Assembly (NCBI GenBank): GCA_030704615.1
Contig: CM060732.1
Span: forward strand, 9,362,001 to 9,426,000
DNA: 64,000 nucleotides
From: Takakia lepidozioides
Taxonomy: Eukaryota; Plantae; Bryophyta
Reading direction: 5' to 3'
Under the pieces are notes generated by a model that saw only the letters and a program-made list of their open reading frames with translations, was not told where the DNA came from and did not search any database. Below are positions 24,130 to 35,831 of this stretch, one piece after another. Both the position numbers and the translations under genes were made by a program. Each line of letters opens with the position of its first letter. Within the stretch, counting starts at the first letter, position 1.

Positions 24130-27100
24130 ATGGCTTCCTCTGAAGCGGAGTTCTTCTCTGACGACAAACCAGTGCCGTTCTCCCAGGAAGTCCTTGACAA
24201 TGGATTTGCAATTGTTCTGGAACATGTCTTGGCTACCTGTTTTCAGCTTCAGAATGGCTCCATCTTTTTGGAGAAAGAGGTGTACGATCTGAAAGGGAAG
24301 TTGTTGAAATACTCTTTCCAAAACCGTGATGAGACGGCTCATGTCAGCCAGTGGAGAGTGCGCCCTGGTCGATACAGAGTACTTGGAGAGCCTCGGCAAA
24401 AGTCCCTTGGGTCATATGTGACGCCCGGGACTGCTGCTTCGGTCGTTGAAGACAAGAGGGAGGTGGTGGTGAAAAAAGAACAGACGTCCTCCACTCCAAT
24501 CGTTGAGCTTTCGGATTCGTCCGATGATGACATAAGTGAAATTCCAAATCCAGTCCTTCCTACTGTGGTTGGAGAAGCTGATGAAGAAGAGATTTGTAGT
24601 GTCATTCCAAAATTACGGGCGATGGGAGGAATGGCTGGATTCAAAAGTGAGTTGCGAGGAATTGATTGGGAATCTTTGAAGCAGGTGCCTGTGAAGTTCT
24701 TGCCAGAGACTTTTGATGGTGATATCCTATTCGAGCTGCCTCCTCCTCCGTGAGTTGGAGGTATAACAATCATGATGCATGGAATGGACAAGAAACACGA
24801 CGGGCACCCGTGGTGCAGAACAAAAACATCCAATTTTCGAATGATGACAAGCTTGTTTTCAGGAGAACAGTTTGCAATGGACACCTTAGGTGTGATAATT
24901 TGAATTGCAGACACTTTCTTCAGTCTGGAGTTCATAATCAAAGCGAATGGGAGGGTCTGGCCGAAAATCCATTTCAACCTGGGACTGCCCCACCATCGGC
25001 AAACACTTTCGTCTGCAAATTCTGCAAACTTGTGCCATCCTGCTTGGCGCTCTGCGGAGCAAGAATGTACTGTGTTGTCCACCGTTTGAAAACAATGACA
25101 AGAGCTTGTGTGCATTTCGGATTCCATAACCATCCTGTCTTGAAGGGGGATTACAGGGAGAGTGTTGAGACAGTATCGAGGTTGATTAAACAAGAGTTCG
25201 GGAGAAACCCATCCGCAACAACATCTGCAATTGCTCTTGGCGCAAGCAAGTCCTTCTTGGAAAGCCATATTTTGAGTGAAGGGGATTCTGTGGGGACTAA
25301 ACTTGACGGTGCAGCATTGGACCTGGTCATGGATCATTTCTCCACTTTGAGTTCACCTAACATTCGACATCAGATCAATGCATTAAGAATGGGCTCTGGT
25401 ATCAGAGGCTACATAGACAACATTTTGGAGTTGAAACGAGTGAGCAAGTACGATTACATCCAGGACAATGTATTCCCAGGTCAAGGTGCCATCAAAGTTT
25501 TTCTTTTCAAAATGTCGACTGTTGGGGAGGGCAGTGGGGTTAGCCTCGTGAAGCGGATGCAGAAGACTGGGGACTTGCAGAACTGTTTTCTTATGTTTGA
25601 TCATGTGAAATGAGTGAAGGATTGGACGACAATGGCTTGTCATGTCTACGATCCAGTGTACCAACAAGTTATGACAATTGCAATTTGTGACATGCAATCC
25701 GAGGATACGGAATCCCAGAAGCTCATGTGGAATTCCCTGATACGTGTCATGGGCTGCCATCTCCAAATTTCGCAGGTTTCATGGCGGATGGTGCTCAAGC
25801 AAATTTCAATGCTGTTCGTATTGTCTTCGGATCGGGCGACCCAAAAGTGCCAATGCGAGGAAGAGAGCGTACATGTCTATTCCATTGGACACAATCTCTG
25901 GAAAAACATACAAAGTCGGACATCAAACCAAAGATGCAGACTCAGCACCGTAAATTGTGCAATGAGTACAAAGATACTAGAACAATGAAGGAGGCGGACA
26001 CTTTGTTCCAGACAATTCGTGCCTGGTGGTTCTCTTCTGGAGCTGCATCACTTGAGAGTATGAGAGCATTGGAAGATTTGCTGGCGTTTTGGCACTTCCG
26101 GTATAGACAATGGGGAGCAGCCATGCCAGTGGTACGAGACTTATATTTCTTGCTTTTTATTCATACATTTACTTTCCATTTTATTGTGTCCTTGCTTTCT
26201 TTATGTTGTTTTCTGTTCACTGTTTTGAAGTGTGGTTCTCCACTTTGGAGAACATGTCCATTGAGGAAATGGCGGACATGCCATCTTGCAATTTGGCAGA
26301 AACTGTGCACAACGCATGGTTGCAGCAGTCTGGGAAACGAGGTCGGGATTTGTATGTGGCAACAACAGATGATTTGATACGTGCCTTGCAACAACAAACC
26401 CGATACCATGATTTCTTGCGAGGTGGGGTTGGTGGCAAGGGTCCGGACAAATGGGAGTTGATGTTGCGTGCTGCAAACAGATCTGGGGATCCAATCAAGA
26501 TAGCATGGGCGGTGAGCATGTATGCCCAGGGAATGCCACTTGTTTCTAGAGTTCCACATCTTGAATGGGAGGAGAGATTCGGCTCCTGTAAGAGGAAATT
26601 GAACACTCCACCTGGTTCGGATTCCAATTCGCACAGGGCAGACCGTGATAACTTCTCGAAGCCTCGTGTTCCCCTGCATGACAGCTCCATGTCCGGAACC
26701 TCCAACAAAGTTTTTCTTTTCAAAATGTTGACTGTTGGGGAGGGCAGTGGGGTTAGCCTCGTGAAGCGGATGCAGAAGACTGGGGACTTGCAGAACTGTT
26801 TTCTTATGTTTGATCATGTGAAATGAGTGAAGGATTGGACGACAATGGCTTGTCATGTCTACGATCCAGTGTACCAACAAGTTATGACAATTGCAGTTTG
26901 TGACATGCAATCCGAGGATACGGAATCCCAGAAGCTCATGTGGAATTCCCTGATACGTGTCATGGGCTGCCATCTCCAAATTTCGCAGGTTTCATGGCGG
27001 ATAGTGCTCAAGCAAATTTCAATGCTGTTCGTATTGTCTTCGGATCGGGCGACCCAAAAGTGCCAATGCGAGGAAAAGAGCGTACATGTCTATTCCATTG

Positions 27101-28841
27101 GACACAATCTCTGGAAAAACATACAAAGTCGGACATCAAACCAGAGATGCAGACTCAGCACCGTAAATTGTGCAAAGAGTACAAAGATGCTAGAACAATG
27201 AAGGAGGCGGATACTTTGTTCCAAACAATTCGTGCTTGGTGGTTCTCTTCTGGAGCTGCATCACTTGAGAGTATGAGAGCATTGGAAGATTGGCTGGCGT
27301 TTTGGCACTTCCGGTATAGACAGTGGGGAGCAGCCATACCAGTGGTACGAGGCTTATATTTCTTGCTTTTTATTCATACATTTACTTTCCATTTTATTGT
27401 GTCCTTGCTTTCTTTATGTTGTTTTCTGTTCACTGTTTTGAAGTGTGGTTCTCCACTTTGCAGAACATGTCCATTGAGGAAATGGCGGACATGCCATCTT
27501 GCAATTTGGCAAAAACTGTGCACAACGCATGGTTGCAGCAGTCTGGGAAACGAGGTCGGGATTTGTATGTGGCAACAACAGATGATTTGATACGTGCCTT
27601 GCAACAACAAACCCGATACCGTGATTTCTTGCGAGGTGGGGTTGGTGGCAAGGGTCCGGACAAATGGGAGTTGATGTTGCGTGCTGCAAACAGATCTGGG
27701 GATCCAATCAAGATAGCACGGGTGGTGAGCATGTATGCCCAGGGAACGCCACTTGTTTCTAGAGTTCCACATCTTGAAGGGGAGGAGAGATTCGGCTCCT
27801 GTAAGAGGAAATTGAACACTCCACCTGGTTCGGATTCCGATTCGCACAGGGCAAACCGTGATAACTTCTCGAAGCCTCGTGTTCCCCTGCATGACAGCTC
27901 CATGTCCGGAACCTCCATTGTGGAGGAACCTCCAACACAACGGCAAGCTCCAGCATCAAACAGTGCCACTAAAATGGTGCAGGAGAGAAACAACCCCCTT
28001 GATGTGCTTGAGTCCGCATGCCCCGACCACATTTGGCACATAGAATGCACAAGTGTAGGGTCTCGTGTGAAATGTACAGCGATCAGGGCAACTAATTTTG
28101 AGAAGTGCACTTCATCTATATCCAGAGGTGGTGCCCAAACTCCTGCTCCGACTTTCACGGGTTTGATGCGTCCATACGGTCAACCAGAAGCCCAGAACCA
28201 CAAGTTCTGGTTCTGCGCAAATGATTGTGCCAGATGTGTGCATGGAACTGTGCGTCCTTCCGTAGTGATGAAGCCATCTCCTCCAACCGTTTGGCCCGTG
28301 AAGGTGGGAACACATCTCAGATTTCAGGAGATTGAAATGCTGGAGGAGGCAGGCTTTTCCCTTGCGAGACAACCCCAATTCCATGCATGTGCTACTACTT
28401 CTGCGTCCTCCCGGGTCCCACCGGCAAATCCTGACTTGTGGCCAACCAAAGGAGATGGAAAGCTCGTTCGGCGTTTCCCTCCAACCGCTGAACACTTTGG
28501 CAAAGTGGAGAATGCTCCAAGCTCGTGTTGGAAGCACCACGGAAGTACCCGATCCAGGATATGGTCGGGTATTCACAATCATCACTTCCACATCTGCTGT
28601 TCATGACAGGACCTACGACATCACGGTTTCCAATTTCCCCAATTGCACATGTCCTGATTTTGTGAATATGCTATCAACCAGTTTGGGCAAGAGAGGTAAA
28701 TTCATACCCTGCAAACATTTGTATTTCATATTTTTGAAGAGGATGGTTTGCGATCCCAAACGTGACAACTTCATTCACCAGGCCACTATGAGTTTCAACG
28801 AGGTCGATACTCTATTGCAGCGGGATACAACACATGGGTAG
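24130..28841 (+). pseudogene. MULE-type DDE transposase (GCM-like Zn domain, DDE, SWIM) with internal 1.2-kb duplication
   Basis: CNGHLRCDNLNC..CKFC..CGAR..HFGFHNHP; FDHVK*; FAGFMADGAQAN; CLFHW; CNLAETVH; CTCPDF..PCKHLYF. Confidence 0.9.
25493..27917 (+). repeat. Tandem duplication, 1213-bp period (25493-26704 and 26706-27917)
   Basis: ORF pairs are offset by exactly 1213 bp (25614/26827, 25727/26940, 26110/27323) with near-identical sequence. Confidence 0.95.
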
Positions 28842-29244
28842 CATCAACTATGCAATGTGGTATGTGGACGACCATGATTTGAAATGCGTAATTCACATCA
28901 ATTCGTCGGCGGTGCAATGATATGGCCTCCAACTATACGGAGTGAGCTCTGAGTGGCAACTTTTAAAAGCACATTTGTCATTGCATCGTTCGAAGTCTAC
29001 ATGTCTTACTGTCGCTATGCACTACAATCATCTTTTGAAGATGATCCTAACTCTCATTGTTATTTGAGGAGGGAGGAAGGTCTTCCCGTGGCAGCCTCTA
29101 TGGCGCACACTTTGTGAGGATATTTTCTCGTCCTCATAATTGTAAAAGTGAAACAAGCATTTATAACTGCACAATGTTGGATGCTACAATTGTAGGCCTC
29201 ATGGTAGTCTTGATTCTATTTAGGCAAGATTTCCTGCATTAATT

Positions 29245-29411
29245 CCACGGTCATAGGACCATCCTCGGTTATAGGCGGCGCATGTTAATGCTGATGTGGC
29301 AGATGACGGATAGTGCCATGTCATCATTTGCCACCACATCAGCATGCTGACATGCTCACGCCACGTCACTCCTGCGTGAGCATACGCTCACGCGCTCACG
29401 CCATTGCGTCG
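29245..29411 (+). repeat. TIR-like terminal sequence related (inverted) to 34830-34995
   Basis: Shared blocks CCTCGG.TATAGGC, TGATGTGGC, GCGTGAGC.TACGCTCAC and GCCATTGCGTCG. Confidence 0.6.
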
Positions 29412-29647
29412 TTGCCGACCACCCGAAGCGTGCAACATAGTCGCCACCGACTATGTTCCTGCACCGACAAAATGAATTGCCCCACCACTGTTGGTAATAG
29501 TCGTTACCGACTATTACTCGGCGACTGCTCAAAGGTGGTGTTCTATGAAAGACATACCGTGGGCTTACACTTATCATTTTAATCCTTTGCGAACATTTTA
29601 ACCAAAAACTTCATGGCATGCGTTTCAATTGAAGATGGTAAACCCAC

Positions 29648-32600
29648 CTGTGGTTCGCCAACATCTCCAATTTGCAATGGAATTCGATTGAGGCAAGTAC
29701 TCCATTTTTATTAAAAAAAATTGAATGGCCCGGCCGGCCCAACGCATCTCCGGACTTCAATTTTTGTCTTTGCATCCCCCTTGCAGAACATCACAACGCA
29801 CCCTTTGTCTTTCAATATGGAGGATGCCAGTGCCAATGCATGAGGAACTGTATCCTTGCTCTTGTTGTTCCAACTTGCAACAACATTGTCTCGGCCACTA
29901 CCTTTGACAACTTGCCCATCGGGGAGGTCAATTATAACCAAATCCGCCCCTGCTTTCGTCCCCCTTGGCAAACCGTGTGAAGGGTCAGTTGGTACGTGCC
30001 TTTCAAGAAACGCGTCAATTTCCCCCCTCGGCTCCGGCCAACTACTGGACGACCCTTTTGTGGCCAATCTGCGGATGACTAATTGAAACCAATTGCACTT
30101 TAAGCATTTGACCTCAATGTTTGCAACCCCCTCTCGCAAGGCTACTGCTTCGTACAGCAGCACAGATGCAAGCTGCAGCACCCTGCCCTCATTGCCTCCT
30201 GCCCCGAATGTTAACGTGCGAGCAGACCTATTCCTCCGCTCCACTTGGAAATTATGCAAGGCTTGGGTAAAATGTCCGTAAGCTGGGTTCTCATGCCTGT
30301 TTGCACCGTCTGTCTCATCAACACCCTCCATACTCGTGTTGCCTCCACGCCTTGTGCCCGGGGGGGTGACTTGTACTGTGTTGGTGTTTTTTTTCGATTT
30401 CTGCTTCCTTTTCCTCTGTTTTTTTGTTGCGACTGCTGCCTGTAGAGCCGTGTTCGCTTCTTCTATTGGGGCTGCAGCAACATCGGCAGCCTCCTCGGCA
30501 CCTTCCTCCGTCAAGGGCTCCATATTTGTTGATGCCGGCAGTTCATGATTCGTGTACTTCTTGTACAATTCAGCCTCCTCTTCAGGAGTAAAATTCGGTG
30601 GCAAGTCGAGCCACCAGAAGCACGGTAGATGTGATGCTTTCACGTATATGCCCAACTGCCTTCCGTTGTACATTGCGCAGTCACCCTGCTGACTAGCCCA
30701 CTATGTGACCATGGCCAGCATACACTTTATGTGCTTGTTGGCGAGCAAGTAGAAATTGAGATACCTACAAAATTGTACGAGACACGTGTTAATGTTCGGA
30801 ACCTCCGCACTCCACCATGACTAAACATTTGCACAAATGTAAATTGATGGAACTTTGATAACTATTCAAACCTGTAAACAATTCGACGGGCCGGTAGAGT
30901 CCCCCCTGGCTGCTCAGTAATCTGCCAGCTTCGAGCAGGGCCGTCCTTCATCTCGCTCCAAAACAATTCCCTCCAATACTTTATACGGAAATCGTCCACC
31001 CAATCTGACAGAGACCTTACAGATGGTGCTTCCTCCCGGGTTGGTAGCTGCAAGAAACCCTTTTGAATGAGCCACTCCAACTGCCGTTGAGCTTCCTCCT
31101 TTTGCTGCATCCGGAGTTTACAAATCAGAATGGGTCTCACAAATGAATATATAAAACGTCATGATGTATGTTTGGCTGCTTACCTGGAACCACCATGTCA
31201 TCTTGTCCAACCATAAGCCGAAGACCACATCTGTTGGCGCCTTCGGAAATTTGACATCTTTCCTAATCCCAGGGTCGGAATTCCATATCTTCAACCATGC
31301 AACCTTCTCCGCAGCTGTAACCTCACTGGTGGCCAACATCTGCAACTTCTCTAATGTCATCTCGGGCTTCTGGTTGACAGACAATTTCTTGTAATGCGCG
31401 GTTATCTCCAAGGGAACTCAGCACCCAAAGCTGGGTCACAGATAAACGAATATTTTGCAATTTTGGTGTACCACTTCGTCCTATGCACTTGAAATTCAGT
31501 TGCAATGGCCTTCCTAATTAGCTATGTGGTTTCCGCCGTTGCGGGCAAGTGCGCATGGGCTTCTAAGCAGGCATTTCTAATTCTGTGGAATCCTTCTTGA
31601 CCCATGTACTCTATGAGAGCATCTTGTGGTATCGTCATCCAATTCCCATCCCGCTTGTTCAAGCACTTCTCGTACACTTCTGGTGGAAGTGATGATTCGT
31701 ATTGCTCGACTGGTGTCGTGGCGCATTTTTGGAAGTAAAAAAGCTTGTGTGGGAGCTCGGATGAGACGTTCCCACGATCTGTTACGCTGCACAAAGCACA
31801 CGACAACTTCTCATAGTCGGCAACAACTATGACATGAAACTACTCCTACATAGTCGGGCATCAACAAAGACAACTTCATACAATGTTCCACCCCTCCAAA
31901 TTCGTGTAGTCGGGAACGACTATACCACTTGAAATGAACAAGGGGTAAAAACTGTACGCAGTTTGCCATAGTCGGTCCCGACTATAACCTGGTACTCCTG
32001 CATGGGCAATGCGTTATGCTATTATTGACAACTACGTACTTGTTTAAGGGGTTGTGGAAGTGACAGAGAAGAAAAACGTTGTGGTTTCAACAATGCTCTT
32101 TTAATAACCACCGTTACTTCTCAATTCCGCGATGCACAAGTGCCCTCCCGTCCCTTTGGAAACAGTTATAGTCGTTCCCGACTATAAGGGTTTAAGCATA
32201 TATATGGAGATACTCCGTACACGGTGACCCATGCTCATGCACAAATTTCAACTTTGCTCATGTGAGCACAAATGCACGGACATACTTACACATTCAATAT
32301 GTTCATTGCACGCCGTATGAGGCCCAGATCGGAACTCCTGACATCGAGAATTTTTGCGTTCACACGGTAGTGCCAACTTGCATTATCAGCGTGCTGCTCC
32401 GAAATGGCCTCCATCCACGCGTACCACCTGTGATTGCCGTCGTAAATGTGTAGCCATTTGTTCGAAATGAACTCCCACTCTATGTTCCTTATGTCATCCT
32501 CAAATGCAGCATCCGCTGCTTGCCAATGCGGTGACCAATTTCCACGGTCTGTCGGTTGTATGTCCTGAGCTTGCCCACTGTCGTCATTTATTGAAAGCAA

Positions 32601-33172
32601 CAATGAAGCGAGGGCGTCGTTGTAGCGATCTGCCTCAAAGTAGAGCTTCAGCTCGGGTCGCTCGGCCATTCGCACAGCCGGGAGGGGCACAATGGGATTC
32701 GTGGAGGGGCCCCACCCTTCAGCAAGTGCGCAATGGAGCTCATAGTGTGGTTCATTGCACTAGTCATCAATGACAAAAGTGCTTGCTTGCGCATGACTGC
32801 AATGAAGACAACGTCTGCCACCCCATTCTCGTGCGCGGGATTGGAGTTACCACCTGCTTGGGCACTTGTTGCTGGACCTGGCGAGGCCCCGGTTGTTGAA
32901 ATGGGGGAAGGCGGAACGCGTTGCGCTTGACCTGCGGAGGTGCTGCTTGCACATATGGGGGATACAAGCACGGGATCCCCGGACATCGTGGCGGCTGTGG
33001 ACACCATCCCTGCCTCCTATGATGCGGCGGCCTTCTTCTGAAGTTTCCCACCCTTCCTTGGAGGTCTGCTCTCCGTGCTCTGTTGCGAGACAATAGTGCG
33101 AGTGCACAGCACCTTGCTGCAAGTGGCCGTTCCGAGGACGAAGTCATCCTCCTCATCCTGAACGTGCTCCAT
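29648..33172 (-). pseudogene. Element C ParB/Srx plus methyltransferase-fold gene (third diverged copy; truncated before the AdoMet-binding motif; no transposase retained)
   Basis: RIPLC..HIYDGNHRWYAW (32427-32441); DPALGAEF, MTLEKLQMLATS, WLKIWN, WLDKMTWWFQ|, RRIVYR|, WWLDLPP; ADLVIIDLPDG (29915-29929); SILKDKGCVVMF. Confidence 0.85.
31810..32190. repeat. Intronic ATAGTCG-N4-CGACTAT palindrome cluster (element C)
   Basis: Copies near 31813, 31906, 31968 and 32166; also 29437, 29497 and 33698. Confidence 0.8.
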
Positions 33173-33777
33173 CGGCAGGAGACAAAGCTCGGCAGCAGAA
33201 CACGAAGGCGGACGGTCGGGAAGAGCAAAAAAAGGAGTGTTCCAGCGGATACTGTGGAGTAAAGGAAAAGGGCGCACTAATCCTCCGTGGCCCTCAACGG
33301 ATTCCTTCAAAAAATCGCCCGCAGTTGGGAGACACGTGCCCTCTCCCATTACGGTTTATGTGCTCCACGCGAGGTACCGCTCATTGTGTCCAAGTTTAAA
33401 TTTTGTTTACTAATGGATGGTACCATCCCATCAAATGTCATCCATCCATCATCCGCCATAACTTTTCATCTCTACATGTACTCCATAGCCTCGAAACTTA
33501 ATTTGTATATTCAGATATTCCTCTGTTTATTGTACAAATGTTGTACTATTTGTCTCTCATCGTCTCGAAAACAACCACTTTTGGATTTCCGTTAACATGT
33601 TTGTATCCTATTGGCGATAATTGAGTGCGGCCACTTATTGGACAATCGGGTCCGCGAGCGTCTGGGCCACACCCACCGATTTGGGTCTCATGGACTCCAT
33701 AGTCGGCGCCGATTATGTGGGTGTGAATTTAATTTGCTAGCGCTTAGCATACAAGGTAATGTTTCTCAAATGCTACG

Positions 33778-34110
33778 ATGGCAGTGCTCAGTACAATGGG
33801 CCCCCACTAGAGCCTACCTACCCCTTTTGTAATCCACCGTCACTCCCAACCCGAAACGCCATGGCGAGTTGTGCATTATGAGAAGGAAGGATGCACATTC
33901 CACACAAGTTCGCACACAATGGGGTTTTTATTCATATGTATGCATTTCAAATGAAGCACGCATACTATACTGAGGGTGCATGCAAATCCAAAGCGTTTTC
34001 CCTTATAAATACAACTTACGAAGTCAACGGCACTTCGACTGGCCTAAACACAAGCTCATGAGTCATCGGACATCTCCACGTAAAAAGGATTGCAGCCGTT
34101 CTTTGGCCCC
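33778..34110 (-). repeat. Inverted copy of 16658-16990
   Basis: Reverse complement is nearly identical to 16658-16990. Confidence 0.95.
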
Positions 34111-34829
34111 ATTGGAACGCGCATGGATCACAAGCCTTTCCTATCTCGAGTCGAACTCTCTCACCCAAAACAAAAAATTCCCATCCTCACTTACTTCAAA
34201 GAGCGCCACATTACTACCCTCACCTAACTTATCACAGCAACAGGTCGCCGACTTTTAAGGCCAAGTGAATTCACTACTAAATTCTCGCGTGCTATAACCA
34301 AAACTAGCCGGTACTTGCATCACCTCCGCACACTCTTCTGTCACCCATTCCAAGCCTGCACCCTTGATTGTGATCTTCCCTGCCCTTACTACCCACACAC
34401 AGCCCAAGATTTTCTCCCTCAATATAGGACCATCCCAACCACCTCCATTTACCAGAAGCTTTGCACATCAAACACCGCTAACACACCCGCATCTACGGAA
34501 CCTGATCCCCTTCCTCAAGTACTTGCCATGCAACATATTTTGCCAACCAGCAACTCTTTCCTATACTAACCTCCCCAGCCAGTACACGAGACACTCCCAC
34601 CCACCTCCCACTATCCCCCATAATGCCCCACCCTACCTCCCCGCATAACTCTGATAGCCCTGATGCCTATGTCATTGAAGCCATACTAGGTATTAAACCC
34701 AAACGTCAATTGACGCCTTCAGGGCCACTTGTGTTGACACATACTACCATTGCAAGTGGGCCGGCTACCCTGACGAAGACAACACATGGCAAATAGAAGA
34801 TGATATATTCGGCCCACATGATGATTCAG
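34111..34829 (+). mobile_element. Degenerate LINE fragment (post-RT region with chromodomain)
   Basis: Homologous to 49860-50100 and 52785-53260 (ILTYFKERHITTLT, RTLFCH..CDLPC, YVIEAILG..CKWAGYPDEDNTWQ). Confidence 0.75.
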
Positions 34830-35424
34830 CGACGCAATGGCGCGAGCGTAGCGTGTGAACGTGTGAGCGTACGCTCACGCCACGTCAGCGTGAGCCCGTA
34901 CACCCGCCATGTCGGCATGAGCACATATCCCGCCACATCACCTTGGGCCCACGTAGCAAGTTACATAAGAAATGATGCCTATACCCGAGGGGCCTACAAT
35001 CGCAGACACCCTCCACACATATTCCAACACCTACCACATCTAAGCTGGACCCGGGTTTAAAATGAACCCGGGTCAAGGTCCGAGTTTTTGGTGATGGCAC
35101 GGGTCCGGATCCGGATAGGTAACCCGGACCCTAATCCGCCGGGTACCCGGGGTCAAAACTTGGACCCGCACAACAGTATCATCGATGTCGTCGATGATTA
35201 TCAAAAATTTATGATTCAGCAGGAAGCCATCCAGAAGTTTATGGAAGTATTATGGGTTGGATGCACCTCAAATCTGTGCTAATATTGGTGGGGCATGTCA
35301 TGCCTGAAATAAGATTGATTGCAAATGCAGATTGATGTCATTCAAGAAAGTGTTGCAATTAACCACCCAACAATCCAAATGCCAAACGCATTTATAATTT
35401 TTGTTTTAAACAAACACACCAGAA

Positions 35425-35790
35425 GTGATGATCGGTGCCGATCATCACATCTACCCAATTGCCAAATGCCAAATGCCAAATGCCAAAAAAAAACCAGAAG
35501 TGATCATCACATCCAAAATAAAAAACACCAAAAGTGATGATCGGCGCCGATCATCACATCTACCCAAATGCCAAATGCAAATGCCAAAAAAAAAAAACAG
35601 AAGTGATCATCACATCTCCAAAATAAAAAAACACGAGAAGTGATGATCGGGCCAATCATCACATCTACCCAAATGCCAAATGCATAAAACAAAAAACAGA
35701 AGTGATCATCACATCTAAAAAAAAAACACCATAAGTGATGATCGACGCCGATCATCGCATCCATCCAAAATGCCAAATGCAAATGCAAAT
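35425..35790. repeat. About 4 units of ~105 bp containing the GTGATGATCGGCGCCGATCATCAC palindrome and (CAAATGC)n
   Basis: Perfect 24-bp palindrome at 35534-35557; variants at 35425, 35640 and 35735. Confidence 0.9.
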
Positions 35791-35831
35791 GCGCAACCAA
35801 CGATAGATTATAACTACAAGGAATCGTTGAT

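Larger units (their letters stand above)
20070..29411. mobile_element. Element B: second, diverged MULE of the same architecture (ParB gene minus strand, transposase plus strand); left part truncated; boundaries approximate
   Basis: Head-to-head gene pair homologous to element A, with its own palindrome variant GTGAATGTCG-N4-CGACATTCAC. Confidence 0.7.

Noticed and set aside
24339-25337. 332-aa minus-strand ORF and similar antisense ORFs (26161-26979, 61182-62021)
   Set aside because: Shadow ORFs opposite recognised transposase and gag coding strands.
8571-33172. Bacterial contamination, prophage or ICE explanation for the ParB-MTase genes
   Set aside because: The genes have GT-AG introns at conserved positions and are interleaved with plant MULE, LINE and Gypsy elements and an EBS gene.
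35046-35170. GACCCGGG/CGGATCCG palindromic cluster as a separate hAT/MITE
   Set aside because: No TIR pair or TSD identifiable; too short to classify.
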